Shown here: piece by piece, positions 1 to 13,667 of the stretch
Layout of the letters: the number at the start of each line of letters is the position of its first letter
How positions within the stretch are numbered: position 1 is the stretch's first letter
Assembly: GCA_038087875.1 (NCBI GenBank)
Contig: CM075995.1
Span: forward strand, 11,100,001 to 11,164,000
Direction: 5' to 3'
Length of the DNA stretch: 64,000 nucleotides
Source: Malacoraja senta
Taxonomy: Eukaryota
Made by a program: the position numbers and the translations under genes
Notes under the pieces: model-generated
Told to the model about the DNA's origin: nothing
Databases searched by the model: none
The model's input: the letters and a program-made list of their open reading frames with translations, nothing else

Positions 1-409
1 GTCCGCAATAACCAACCTGAACTCCCGGTGGCTCAGCACTTCAACTCCCCCTCCCATTCCGTATCTGACCTCTCTGTCCTGGGTCTCCTCCATGGCCACA
101 GCGAGCAACACCGTAAATTGGAGGAAATGCACCTCATATTCCGCTTGGGCAGTCTACATCCTGGTGGCCTGAACGTTGAATTCTCCCAATTCTGCTAGCC
201 CTGGCTGTCCCCTCCCCTTCATCAGCCATCTGGTTGTCTCCTCCCCTCCCCCAGCCCTCGGGCTCCTCCTCCTCCTTTTCCTTTTTTCCTTTCTTCTCCC
301 CACCCCCTATCAGTCTGAAGAAGGGTTTCGGCCCGAAACGTTACCTATTTCCTTCGCTCCATAGATGCTGCTGCACCCGCTGAGTTTCTCCAGCATTTTT
401 GTGTACCTT
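1..409 (+). mobile_element. Penelope-like element 3' fragment (end of GIY-YIG endonuclease plus pseudo-LTR)
   Basis: Translates as VAQHFNSPSHSVSDLSVLGLLHGHSEQHRKLEEMHLIFRLGSLHPGGLNVEF, homologous to the GIY-YIG ORF at 50570-50875. It is followed by the CTGAAGA..GAAAC pLTR motif that recurs in the window. Confidence 0.85.
312..345 (+). ncRNA. Minimal type I hammerhead ribozyme motif in a Penelope pLTR
   Basis: CTGAAGA (315-321), stem II GGG/CCC, GAAAC (335-339), palindromic ACGT, then a GTT cleavage triplet. PLE pLTRs are known to carry such minimal hammerheads. Confidence 0.65.
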
Positions 410-884
410 TGTTCTATTTGATCTTCCGTTTGTGCACGTCGAATTGATTGCATTAGTCGAAACAGAGCGGGCCACGTGAAGGTTGCAATCTTCCACCCCG
501 GGAAGGTAACGGTATCTTGCTTTAGTTTCTGACGACCAGATTACTAACCGCAATCCCCATGTTCGATCCCACCCGAGAGTTGAGGATCTGCTGATCGGAT
601 TATTATTCTGAACACGTCACAGAGTCTTGTTTGATAATACTCAAGGGCAGAATTGATGGCTTGCCTCTCTGTTGGAAGAACATGTTCCGATGATATTTAG
701 ACGAAAGTAATACTTCCAGACCGGCGTTCATTTGCAAAGATTGTTACTGTTGTCTCATTTTCCAATTGTTTGTCTCATTTTCCAATTCATTCCATTATCT
801 GAAGAAGATCTTCTTTTGCAGCAGGTTCGTCTTTTGTGCCCATCACGGTAACATCACACGGCAAACGCCAGTGTGATGTTACTA

Positions 885-1560
885 GATGTGATGATAGGCA
901 CAAAATGCTGGATTAACTCAGCGGGACAGGCAGCATTTCTGGACAGAAGAAATAGGTGACGTTTCGGGTCGAGATCCTTCTTCAGACTGTTAAAGAAGGA
1001 ACTGCAGATGCTGGAAAAATCGAAGGTACACAGAAATGCTGGAGAAACTCAGCGGGTGCAGCAGACTGATGTCAGGGGAATGGGCGGGACAAAGATAGAA
1101 TGTAGTCGCGATGGGAGAACTGGGACCAAGGACAAAGGACATTTATTGTCACATACGCCAAAGGTGCAGTGAAATTTGAGTTACCATGCAGCACACAAAT
1201 AAGATAAACACAACACTGTAGAATTTAACATAAAACATAAAAACATCACCCACAGCGGAATCAACGTTTCCCACTGTGAGGGAAGGCAACAAATTTCAGT
1301 CCTCTTCCTCATGTTCACCCGTGGTCGGGGCCTATTGAGGAAGGGGAGGGGATCGTGAGAGGGGGAAAGCAAGGGCTATTTGAAGTTAGAGAAGTAAATG
1401 TTCATACCACTGGGGTGTAAGCTACCTAAACGAAATATGAGGTGCCGTTCCTCCAATTTGCGCTGGGCCTCACTGACAATGGAGGAGGCCCAGGAGAGAA
1501 AGGTCAGATTGAATGGGAGGGGGAGTTAAAGTGCTGATCAACCAAGAGATCGGCTAGGTT
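885..1560 (-). mobile_element. Penelope-like fragments (two pLTR pieces plus EN C-terminus), interrupted at ~1123-1340
   Basis: Reverse complement of 955-989 reads gtctgaagaaggatctcgacccgaaacgtcacc. 1380-1545 is the reverse complement of the EN C-terminus seen at 1-190. Confidence 0.8.
1123..1340 (-). mobile_element. 3' fragment of a non-coding retroelement with a Rex1-like tail
   Basis: Short-repeat tail plus AATAAA on the minus strand. It shares the CACAGCG..CTGTG hairpin and the ccg(t/c)ggtcgggg block with the copies at 23340 and 51178. Confidence 0.6.
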
Positions 1561-2555
1561 AATGTAAATGACCCAGTCATTCTCACACACGTGGTACAAC
1601 AGTATTTATTGAAAGGCATTTGCAATACAATGCAGCATGTTGCTTCTGCTGTGTAGCGGCAATGGACTGACAGCACTAGTTGCGTTACGATAATATGAAC
1701 AGTGAAGTAGGCGGAGCTTCTAATAATAAAGCACTACCTTGGTTAGTATGAAGTAACCAATCTAAAGTTAACGCGGACTGAACGGAGGTGTTCAGCGAAA
1801 AGATCGCCGAGCCTGAGCATAGTCCAATTTCTGACAGAATGCGGTTTGATGTGTTTACTCCGATGACACCATGTGAATAACACCTATCAGGATTAACGGA
1901 TTTAAACGTACGCAGGCCACCGCTTAGATGTTGCGTTTTACCCATTGTGTGAAGTGCGGGTGATATCACTGAAATGACCGATATTCCGATAGTTATCTGT
2001 GTGTCGAGCCAATTAACCGTCTGACAGAACAGCTTATAAACTGAGCATTCGCCGATGCTCAACTGACCGACTGATGTGTCGTTCCTCATGACGTGCTTGT
2101 CGCTTCTCCCCTGGTTGGTAATTTTAACATCTCTGGAGTAATGGAAAACGAATCATTCACAATCACGCACATGGAATAATTTATGAGGCAACGGATGAAA
2201 TACCGTGGAGTCAGTAAATATGCTTGCGGGACTCTGATACCAATGGAATGGATACCAATAGAAAATGTTGGAATAGCAGAAAATAAGGACAATTGAACAA
2301 ATCCGCTGTGAGCTCCTGTAATGACAGAGAATAACTGGGAAATGTCAAAACGTGGACTGTAACCTCTTGGTGATGTGTACAGAAGTTAGTGACGTCCCAG
2401 TATCACAAGGTTCTCCTTGCTAACCGTGCTCAAAACACGATGCAATTTCAGGCATTTATTCAAATTTCATTGGAACGCTACATAGCATCGTCAGCTGTTT
2501 TATCTGTGTAAAAACAACAGACAGCATTTCAAACTTAGACTTCATGCTAAGCAGC

Positions 2556-2692
2556 TTATACACGGTCTGAAGAAGGGTCTCGATGCGAAACGTCACATAT
2601 TCCTTCGCTCCATAGGTGCTGCCTCACCCGCTGAGTTTCTCCAGCATTTTTGTCTACCTTCGATTTTTCCAGCATCTGTAGTTCTTTCTTAA
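2556..2692 (+). mobile_element. Solo Penelope pLTR fragment with hammerhead core
   Basis: CTGAAGA 2567-2573, GAAAC 2587-2591, then GTC. The downstream sequence matches 345-409. Confidence 0.75.
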
Positions 2693-2764
2693 AGCTTAAA
2701 CACCGATTACAGTTTCTCACAGCGCCCTTTTCTGAATCGTAGTGTAACAAAGGAGCTCAAGAGA

Positions 2765-2846
2765 GCTGCGATGGCCGAGTGGTTAAGGCGTTGGACTTGA
2801 AATCCAATGGGGATTCCCCACGCAGGTTCGAACCCTGCTCGCAGCG
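2765..2846 (+). tRNA. tRNA-Ser-TGA: tRNA-Ser (anticodon UGA), intact
   Basis: Perfect acceptor stem GCTGCGA/TCGCAGC plus G73. A box TGGCCGAGTGG. Anticodon stem TTGGA/TCCAA with TGA at 2798-2800. Long variable arm GGGG/CCCC. T arm GCAGG-TTCGAAC-CCTGC. Confidence 0.97.
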
Positions 2847-2852
2847 TCATTA

Positions 2853-2856
2853 TTTT
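2853..2856 (+). terminator. RNA polymerase III terminator (TTTT)
   Basis: T4 tract 6 nt downstream of the tRNA, with a longer T tract at ~2888-2895. Confidence 0.7.
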
Positions 2857-4739
2857 CAGGCGCCTGGTGCTGTACAACTCCTCACAGTTTTTTTCCCTTT
2901 CAGGAATCATGAGGCCTCGCCCATTCCTCTCCACATTCCTCTGTTCATGCTGTTTGGTTTTGGTGAACTATGGACGGACCAATGGCATACCTTCGCTGTT
3001 AATGTGATCGGAGCTGAGATAACGTTGCTGTTGGATTTATGTGGGGCAGATTTGCTTTTTTGAGCGAAATAAAGCGCAAAACGTTTCCTAGAAGGGGAAC
3101 AGATTTTTGCTCATTAAATTGATGTCCGTCGTCTTATTCTAAAATCGATGACTATATAAGACGGGAAGGAAAATAAAACGCTATATTGGCCGCTGAACAC
3201 TCGTCCAGATTCCTCTTGCACCTGTTACTGAACTGCTTTTTGGCCTGGTCGTCTGCAGTTCTGACTGAGTCCAGCCCCATTCAGGAGCTTCCCTCTGATT
3301 CTGCCCCCTAGGTGGAAGGAATCTGCGAATTCATGTGGCTACTGCCATTATATTTTGTCGCCAATGTCTTATCGAAAGCCCACCGCGGCTAGACGGAAAG
3401 GATGCCAATTACACGGTTGGGGATCACACTGAACTAAAGCTCAGATTGAGACGCAATACAGCAGCAAATGCGAACGGGATGCGAACGTCGGCAGACAATA
3501 TTGGTCATCAGAGCTGCCACACACTGCAGGGTTTGTCGGGGATTTCAGCTACCGATAAAGCTTCCATTTTTAAGGTGCGGTTCCGCAAATAGTGTCGGTC
3601 ACAGCCATATTCTGATAGAAAAGAAGTGGAATTCATGCATCATCAGTGCCTCTGTTTACGGAGATAGTTCCCGAAGCGCTTGGTACCTCCAATCCATCAA
3701 TTACTCGTTCCCGTATCTGCGCTCTTTGCACCTCCAACTACTTACTTTGTTGGAAGAAGCACAAATGATTTAATCAGAACTAGTACGGGACGGAGTGACG
3801 CTCACTTTCACTGTTGCTCCGAGAGAAGCAAAGCCCCTAACAAAAGTAATCTCCAAATTGGCTGGCATTTGTGGAGTCGTTAGAAATAAGGAATTCCGTC
3901 CTTGCCTGACTAGTTGTGCTGAATTGGTGTGTGAAACGTTCATCGGTCCGTGACAAGAATGTAGGCCTGTGTTTGGGGATGGATGTATCCGTACCATAAA
4001 ATATTTCTAGCAAAAAGAGGCGTGACCTCAGGAAGTTATGAAATTGCAATTTCTCGCTGAACATCTCGCTGAAGGAGTTGTTGGGCAGCAGCATAGACGG
4101 GTCCATGAATCAGACCTTTCTCATACTCGTGCGGAAATCAATACAGAATTTGCTCCACATTCCACGGATCCATTTGCTTACGCAGGATAAGTTAGAATAC
4201 CGCGAATGGAGAGGTTCCAAACATACAACAATATTAATCTGTACACAATCGTGATCGGTTTGACATCTGAGTAGTTGAATTTAAAAACGAGCGATTCCAT
4301 GAAAGGGATAAGAGGCGCAGTGTATTCCACGTAAGAGGTATTCCACGTATCAGGTCGCTCCTGCGGGGCGACAAACCAAGTAACTATTTAAATTTAAGAA
4401 CCATTCCTCTTTTAATTTCTATATTTTTGCTTTAGCGAATTATTTTGCTTGATACAGTACTTTCATTGTAAATTGACGGCGAGATCTGAAGCAAAGTTAT
4501 TTTGCTTTCTCGCTCTGTCACACTGACATGCAACACCGTTGCCACCGTACTAACTCCAGAATGTCTTTCCCCACCACACTAACTTCAGACTGTTGTGCAG
4601 CTCCCCAATAACATCCAGATCCCAGCAACATAATATGATCTCCGTCGTAATGCTCGGTATTACTTCGGCGAAATGGCCTAATTCTACTTCTATCACATGA
4701 CCTTGAGATTTAATGAAAAAAGTAAATGTAACTATTGTT

Positions 4740-5720
4740 TAGGAAGGGAGCGAGGCAAAGTAAGGCATTTATAGGCCCATTAACCTGACGTCAATAGTTG
4801 GTAAGATGACAGAGTCCATTATTAACGATGAAGTTTCGGAATACTTGACAGGCCGAAATTAGCATTGTTTTTATCACAGGGAGATTTTGCCAGAAAAAAT
4901 CTGATGAGATGTTGAGGACGTAACAAGCAAGAAGGACAGAGGAGAGAGAGAGAGAGAGTGGGTGTTGCTTATCTGGAATTTCAGAATATATTCAATTAAG
5001 GTGCCGCGCATGAAACAAACAAGTCACGAGCCCGCGGACTAGCAGGGTACTAGTGCGGATAGAATAGTGGCTGATCTGCAAAAGGCAAAGAGTGGGAACA
5101 TGGGTTTGGGGATTTTCTGGTTGGGTGATGATAATTAGTGGTGTTACACAGTGGCATTCGGTCTGCTACTTTTCACACTATATGTTAATGGTGTGTGTGA
5201 TGAAATTGGTGGATTTGTCGCTAACTTTGCGGATAATACAAAGATAAGTGGAGCGCAGGTATTGTTGAGGAAGTACGGAGCCTGTAGAAGGTCTGAAACA
5301 TGTTGGGTAAAAATGCAAATATGGCAAATTGTATACAGCGTAACAAATTGTACGGTCATACACTAATCTGATTTACAAAGAGACGTTGGAGTGTTGGTGC
5401 AGTATTCATAATGGTTTAAACTACAGGCTGTGCCGGTAGTATGGAAGGCAAGTGGAAATTTAGCATTCATTTGGAGAGCATTAGAACGCAAAAACAAGGA
5501 TGATATCATATGCTGAACCTTTATAAGGCGATGATCAGACTACATTTGGAATATTGTGAGCAGTTTTCGGCGTCGTATCCGACGAAGGAGGTGCCGGTGT
5601 TGCACAGGGTCTAGATGAGGTTTATGAGAATGATCCCGGGGACGAGTGGGTGTTGGGGGCTTTTGATGGCTCTGCGTTTGTACCGGTTAGAGTTTAGGGG
5701 GGGCCTTATTGAAACCTACC
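4740..5720 (+). mobile_element. Ancient degraded CR1 LINE, RT region
   Basis: Remnants of YRPINLTSIVGKM, LLFTLYVN..FADNTKI and RFMRMIPG, with many frameshifts. Confidence 0.75.
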
Positions 5721-6805
5721 TGAGTTCAGAACTGAGTTCAATCCACTATCGATTTCAGTCCATCCGTTCAATGTCTGTTCATAAACCCACTTCAGCACAT
5801 TTTCTTTCTTTGTTTCTGCTGCAATTTCTGTTGCAGTCACTGGAAAGTCTTCGTCTACAACTTACAGTGTGTAGATTGAGTTCTCACTTCCCACGTCAGA
5901 GTTCTCATGGGGCAACCGGGACAACGCATCTGCAACTGCGTTACAGTTGGAGCTCCTGTACTCCACCTTATCGTCATACTGGTACAGCAGAATTGCCCAG
6001 CGCTGCATCCTTGATGCCGCCATGGAAGGTACAGCTGACTTGGGACCAAGTATCACTAATAGTGGCTTGTGACCAGTCACTAGGGTGAATGGTCTGCCGA
6101 GAAGAAACTGGTGGAATTTCTTGATTCCGAACACGACGCTGAGTGCTTCCTTTTCTATCTGCGCATAGTTGTGTTCACTCGACGACAGGGTGCGGGATGG
6201 AAAAGCAATAGACTTTTCCTGTCCGTCATTCATTACGTGGGAGATCACTGCACTACACCATAACATGAAGCATCACAAGCAAGTTTCATCTCGCGTGTCG
6301 TATCATTTGACAGATTCCTTGCAGATGTCAAATGCACGTCGCTGTTCCTTTCCCCACGTCCATTTCACATATTTTTGTAGCAGATGATGAAGTGGCTTTA
6401 GCACAGTTGCTAAATCTGGAGGGAATCGTGCATAGAACTGCACCGTCACAAGGAATGCTCGTAGCTCTGACACATTGTTGGGTTTAGGAGCATTCACTAT
6501 TGCTTCAACTTTCGCCTTCATAGGGCGAAGTCCGTTGGCGTCTACTTTGAGTCCAAAGTAGACCACCTCTGTCTGTGCAAATGCACATTTACTTTGACGC
6601 AGTTTGACATTGTGGCAGTTCAGTCGCGTGAGAACTTGCTCGAGGATTGACTTCCGGTGGCGCTATGGAGTAGGAGAGACTCGCGCCGACTAGCTCCGGG
6701 AAAAAACCGCTGAAAACGGGTGAAAAAGACGGGACCTACCTCTGGAAAACGGCACGAGTGTTTGCAACAGGTCCGTGACGTCATCCGACGCGCGACACCG
6801 GCAGC

Positions 6806-7833
6806 ATGTCGACTCAACACCCCCCCCCCCCCAAGACGAGAAAAATCGGTAAGGGAAAAGAGGCAGGCCCAACTGAAGCCTCGGGCTCAGTTTTAACAGC
6901 ATCCCAAGAAGATATCTCAAGAAGGAAAAAAACAGATGTGGAAGAATTAAGAACCTTCCTGACACAGGAAATCTCTAAAATAATGATAGAATTCAAAAAT
7001 CTTAAACAGGAGCTGAAATCTTTAAAAGATGAAATTAAAGAACAAATTAAAGATGAGGTTACGGCTTCTGTGCATGAAGTTCTGGAAGACTGGAAATTAA
7101 CCATGGAAGAAAATATGCATCAAAATACTGTAGAAGTATATGGAAAACTGAATTCGATGGAATCCAGATTTGATGCTAAATTGAAGCCGATCCTCCAGAC
7201 TTTAAATCAACACCACGAGGCTGTAAAGGAATTGGAGGAAATTGCTGAGACAAGCACCGAAACAACAAAAAAACGTATTGCCGAGAACAAACGCCTATCG
7301 AAGTTATTACATCAAATAACTGAAAAATGTATTGACTTGGAGGGACGACAGAGACGGCAGAATTTAAGAATCGTAGGCGTCCAGGAAGGCAGAGAGGGGA
7401 ATCGTGACCCTCGTGAATTTGCTGCAGACCTGCTGAAAAAGGTCTTGAATCTGGATCAAGCACCGTTAATTGCCCGAGCGCACAGAGTATCAAGACGTCG
7501 CCCAGGGGTGGGCGCCCCCCCAAGGCAACTGATAGTGAAGGTGCAATATAACCATGTTTTGGATGATATGATGAAGATAATTGTTCAAAGCAGAAACCTC
7601 GCATTTGAAGGAGACAAGATAAGCATATTTAGAGATTATCCTGTGGAAGTCGCCAAGAAGAGAGCGCTGTTTACAGAAACAAGAAGAATACTTAAGAATA
7701 TAAACAATCTGAGATATGGAATGTTATATCCCGCACATTAAGAGTGACCTATGAGAAGAAGGAATATTTCTTCGTCAAGCATACAGAGGCACTTGAATTT
7801 GCCCAGAGCATTGTGAATAAGACCGAAGATTGA
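6806..7833 (+). pseudogene. L1 ORF1 (coiled coil, RRM, CTD) with a 1-bp frameshift near 7737
   Basis: DLEGRQRRQNLRIVGVQEG, ARAHR, IFRDYP and LYPA; LRVTYE continues in a shifted frame. Confidence 0.9.
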
Positions 7834-8790
7834 ATAATATTCTACACCCAACATTCACCTGAAGACAGTGGAAAATGTTATCCTGCAGAGAAGAAATGGA
7901 ACTTTAAACTATAATTTTTAAGAACTGTCCCCATTCTTCTTGCAGATTTTGTCCAAGATCTGCGGGAAGAATTGGGCAATTATCTCGCTACTGATACATA
8001 AAATTTATATTTTAGTACTAATTTCTAACAATTAACTCTAATCACGACTACTAATCAATACTAATTGTTGTTAACTGGACATACTCAGAATTGATTAAAA
8101 GTATGAAATATAAGTAAAGTGTGATCCAAATAATTAATTAATAAAATATAGGATTTTTTTTCCTTGCTATTTTGGATATTTGGATATTTTGGACTTTGAT
8201 TACTCTTTAATAATGTTTTTTTGATTACTCATTAATAATGTTTTTTGATTACTCTTTAACAGTGTCTTCCCCCATTTTTTTTTTTTTTTTTTTTAAATTA
8301 AGAAAAAAGGGAGGAAAAATATTTTTAGCTTGCTATATGATACTAACATTTGAATTGGAGACTAACAAATACTTCAATTATGGAATAAAACTATTGTTTC
8401 CCTCCCCCCCATAAATTGTTTTCATTGAAATTGAAACTTTTCTTTCAAGGAAAGTACGGAGCTAGAAATATATATATTTTTTAACAAAAGCTACGGAAGT
8501 CTTTAGATGTTTAGCCACACTAGGGAGGCTATCACTAACTGCACTAATCATAGTTGTAGTTTTCTTCTTTTTCTATTTTTTACACGTTACTAATACAACA
8601 TTTCATTACTTTTTCTATCTTATGTTATATTATATTTTGTATTTGGAATGGAATTATATGTTTTATCTAGGGAGATATGTCCGGATGAAAAACCGACAAG
8701 GCTTAGAATTCATCTACCTGAGGTTCAAGTATAAGGTAGGGTTTAGTGCGCTGATCCAGCTGCTCCAACATAGACCACTTTAATCACAAG

Positions 8791-11700
8791 ATGCAAGACG
8801 TTAATATGAAAATTGGGAGTGAAGGAATTAAATTTTGTAGCTGGAATGTTAAGGGAATTAATGAACCAATCAAGAGAGGTAAAGTATTAGCCTATTTAAA
8901 ATCACTTAAAGCAGATGTAATATTTCTCCAGGAAACACATCTTAAAAAGGAAGCACAACATAGATTGAAAGCCAAATGGATTGCTAAAACATATCATTCA
9001 TCATTTTCACATAAATCTAGAGGGGTTGCAATATTAATTCGTAAAGGTATACCCTTTAAACATATATCAACGACAGAAGATATTGAAGGCAGATATATTG
9101 TATTAGTAGGGGAGTTATACTCAAAAAAAGTGACTCTCCTTAATGTATATGGACCAAATTATGATAGCCCCCTGTTCTTTAAGAGAATACTTAACATTAT
9201 CCCGGAATGTACACAACATAATTTAATTATCGGTGGAGACTTAAATTGTACACTGGATGCTTACTTGGATAGATCATCAAGTCAAAGAAAATTAAAATCT
9301 CAGTCAAGTGAATTCCTAAATTCATATATTAATACTACAAACATTAAGGATGTTTGGAGAATTGAAAACCCATCTGGTCGATAATGCTCATTCTACTCAC
9401 CCGTGCATAAAACTTACTCAAGGATAGACTATTTCTTAGTAGACTCTAAACTTATCCCATTTACCTATAATTCGCAATATCATGCTCCACTTACATTTAT
9501 GATTAAACTAAAAGGAATGACCGAGATAAAGACACAATGGAGACTTAACCCCCAAATCTTGAAAGAAAAGTTATGTAATGAATACCTCGTAAAACAGATT
9601 AATATGTTTTTCGAGGCTAATGACAGCTCTGGAATCTCCGCCTCCCTTCTTTGGGAAACATTTAAAGCATTTGTGCGAGGAGCATTAATATCCTCCCAAT
9701 CATTTATTAACAAAGAGAATAGGGCCAAACAACAGTCTTTGGAAACGGAAATAAAGCAATTAGACATAGAAAATGCAATAGCACCATCTATGGTAAAACA
9801 CAATAAAATTGCAGTACTGAAATATAAGTTAAACAAGTTATACTCAGACCAAGTAATAAAACTATATCAACGTACAAAACAATTACATTTTGAATTTGGA
9901 GATAAACCACAAAAACTATTGGCGCGTCAACTTCGTAAACAGGACGGGGAAAAAACAATTTACAAAATTAGATCAGATAAGGGAGAAACATTAACACTAC
10001 CTAAAGATATTAATGATAGATTTTTACAATATTATCAACAATTGTATTCATCTAAAACACCAGAACAACCAGTAGGAATGGAAACATTTCTACAGAAATG
10101 TAATCTTACAGGTCTAGATCAGAAAGAGAGAGAATCACTAGATGTAGAAATTACGGTAAAAGACATCGCGGAGTCAATTAGATCTTTAAAAAATGGAAAG
10201 GCCGCAGGTCCTATTGGTCTAATCTCTGAATTTTATAAAAAAAATTACGATCTGATTTCTCCACATCTACAGAGACTTTACAAACAAGCATATACTCAAC
10301 AGAAACTTCCAGAAACTCTAAATGAATCTACAATCATACTTATACCGAAACCGGATAAGGATCCTGAAGACCCAGGTTCATATAGAGCAATAGCTCTCTT
10401 AAATACTGATCAGAAAATATTAACCAAAATCCTATCTCATAGATTGAGCTTATTGATTAATAAATTAATACACCCGGACCAAACAGGTTTTATTCCAAAA
10501 CGTTACTCATTTTATAATTTGAGAAGACTATTCAATATAATATATACAAATAGAATTCCAAATGCAGGTCTAGCAATTATTTCGTTAGATGCTGAAAAGG
10601 CATTTGACCAGGTGGAATGGACATATTTATTTTCGGTAATGAAAAAATTTCAATTGGGAGAGAAGTTCTGCACATGGGTTAAATTGTTATACTCTAATCC
10701 AACAGCTAGAATATTAACAAATCGAATGCTATCAGCCAAATTTAATCTTTCTAGAGGTTGTAGACAAGGATGTTCACTATCCCCACTATTATTTGCTCTC
10801 GCAATTGAACCATTAGCAGAAAGCGTTAGAAACCATCCAGGAATACATGGATACAACACTAGAGATACAAGGAATAAAATTTCCTTATATGCAGATGATG
10901 TATTAATATATATTACAAAGTTAGAAACTAGTATTCCAAATCTATTAAATCTAATAACACAATTTGGTCAGTTCTCAGGATATAGGATTAATTGGAATAA
11001 AAGTGAAATTATGCCAATAACAAAATTCAACTTAAATACAATACAACAATCCCCTTTTAAAATAGTTAAAGATAAATTTAAATATTTAGGAATCTATGTA
11101 ACTAAGGCATATACCTCTTTATTTAAACAAAATTTTCCATCCTTACTTAATAAATTACACAAACATATTCAGTACTGGAAACACTTCCTATTTCAATGCT
11201 TGGTAGAATTAATGCTATAAAAATGATTTTCTTACCGCAACTACTATATTTATTTCAATTAATTCCGATATATATTCCAAAAAGCTTTTTCATAAAAGTC
11301 GACTCCATTGTTACAAGCTTTATTTGGGATTATAAGAATAATAGAATAAGTAAAAAACATTTATGTAAGTCAAAGAGCAACGGAGGTTTGGCTTTGCCAA
11401 ATTTCTTATTTTATTTTTGGGCAGTCCATATTAAAAACATGAATTTCTGGCTGGAAGAAATGGACCAACAACCAGAATGGTTAAGGATGGAAAAGGAAGA
11501 CTGTTTACCTTTTGAAATAGGTTCGATTATATTTGCTACCACAAAATTGCATAAAAAAAACTATAAGGAAAACCCTATAATACATAGTGGAATACGAATT
11601 TGGAAACAATTAAAAAAGGCTTTAAAACTGAATAATATACCACTATGTCTTCCCATTGTAAATAATCCTCTATTCAAGCCATCCGTATTGGATAGAGGTT

Positions 11701-12557
11701 TTATACAATGGAAAAATCATGGAATTAAAAGGATTGGACATCTTTACAGGGAAGGCATCTTTCTGTCATTTCAAGAGTTACAACAGAATCATGGACTACA
11801 CTCAAATAACTTTTTCAGATATTTACAAATTAGAGATTATGTTAAATCCAATACACAAGTTTATAGGACTAGGGAACCAGAAATTCTTGATGAATGTTTG
11901 AATAAGCATCCTAACACTGAAAAATTAATAGCTTATATTTATAATATTCTCTTAAATAATGAGGAACCACCGATGGAACTATATAGACATAAATGGGAAA
12001 ATGAGTTAGGTTATCCTATTACGAAAGATATTTGGGACGAAAGTTTACAACATATACATCAATGTTCGTTAAATGCCAGACATGCTTTAATACAATTTAA
12101 AGTCTTACACAGATTACATTATTCCAAAATAAAACTAAATAGAATTTTCCCACATATTTCTCCTATATGTGATAAATGCCTGCATTTAGAGGCCAATTTA
12201 ACACATACCTTTGCAAATTGTATAAAAATTAAAAATTACTGGACTGATATTTTTCAAATAATCTCCGATGTTGTTAATACCAAACTAGCTCCAGACTCAA
12301 AATTAATAATACTTGGGATATCAGAACAAAGTTTAACACTCATAACAAGCCAAAGAAACTTCCTTGACTACAGTATAATAACAGGGAAAAAATTAATATT
12401 AAAATTCTGGAAAGGCCCTACAACCCCCACAATTAAAATGTGGATTGTGGAAATGTCGGAGACACTACATCTAGAAAGAATTAGACTCGTCTTAATGGAC
12501 AAGCAAGAACTTTTTGTTAAAATATGGGCTCCATTCATTGCCTATTTGAAGGGATAG
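8791..12557 (+). pseudogene. L1 ORF2 (APE endonuclease, RT, CCHC) with a stop at 9382-9384 and a frameshift at ~11190
   Basis: [52 protein letters not shown]. Confidence 0.95.
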
Positions 12558-13054
12558 AGTGGCCCAGCGCGAAAGCCCGACTGAAGCTTGAACTCAGGAT
12601 TAGATGTAATTATATTTCATAACATACGAACTTATCTCCTATGACGTATTATAAGTTATTCATTCCACCTTTTTTTCTTTTTTGATATTGAAATTCTTCT
12701 TTCCTTCTCTTCTTTCTCTCTATTTTTCTTTTTCTATCTATATAAAAAAAACACTAGAAGCAGAATTAACTGACAATTGACAAATTTAATAATGTATGAA
12801 AGATTGATGTATATGAAACGTTTTTTCTTCTATTCTATTATAATATGTTACTCTACACTGTAATATGTTTGCTTCTAATAAACATTTATATCACAGAACT
12901 TGCTCGAGGATTTCCAGATGTTCTACCATGCCTTCTGTGAATATCAGTAGGTCATCCTGGTTGCACACACAGTGCGGAATGCCTTGTAATATTTGGTCCA
13001 TGACAGACTTGAAATTTTTCGGGGTGGATTTCACACCATAGGGCAGCTTTGTAT

Positions 13055-13119
13055 ATAATAATAATAATAATAATAATAGATTTTATTTATATAGCGCTTT
13101 TCAGGACTCAAAGTCGCTT
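13055..13119 (-). mobile_element. Very short L2-type 3' tail insertion ending in (TTA)n
   Basis: Minus strand reads aagcgactttgagtcctgaaaagcgctatataaataaaatc(tat)n. It interrupts the Gypsy RT between KGLY and YTKLPYG. Confidence 0.6.
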
Positions 13120-13667
13120 AATACAAGCCCTTATGTGTGTTGATAGTCAAGTACTGCTGACGTTCCTTATCGACATTGAGTTGGGCATAAGCATGAGACA
13201 AATCCAGTTTTGTGAAGAATCTTGCTCCGCTAAGTTCTGCGTACAGATCTTGCGAGGTTGGTAACGGATATTGTTCGTCATCAACGGCTTGGTTGATTGT
13301 GACTTTGTAATCGCCACATAGTCGAACAATTTTGTCGGACTTGGGTACGGCCACAATTGGCGTTGCCCAGTTACTTTGGTCTGTCTTCACGAGTACTCCA
13401 TTCCGTTCTAAACTGTCGAGTTCTACCTCCACTTGTTGTTTAGTGCATATGGTACAGGTCTTGGTCGACAATATACAGGTCTCACATTTTGCTTAAGTCG
13501 AATGTGTGACGAGTACCCTGTTATTCCCGTGTGTCAGCAAAAATGCTTGCATGTTTGCTTATGACGTTTTAAAGACGTGATTTGGACAAATCGACGCTGA
13601 AAATGTTCTTCCAGTCTTACTGTTCTACTCAGCCAATCCTGTCCAAGAAGGGTTGGTTTATTTCTGT

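Larger units (their letters stand above)
6649..12894 (+). mobile_element. Full-length L1-clade LINE (inactivated) inserted in the Gypsy A RT
   Basis: 18-bp TSD agaacttgctcgaggatt at 6631-6648 and 12895-12912. CpG-rich 5' UTR, ORF1, ~1 kb AT-rich inter-ORF spacer, ORF2, AATAAA at 12877. Confidence 0.95.

Noticed and set aside
750..790. 18-bp tandem duplication ttgtctcattttccaatt, and gtattccacgta twice at 4322-4349
   Set aside because: Ordinary small slippage duplications with no further structure.
3335..4106. Short ORFs downstream of the tRNA
   Set aside because: No motifs or splice structure, and lengths are consistent with chance.
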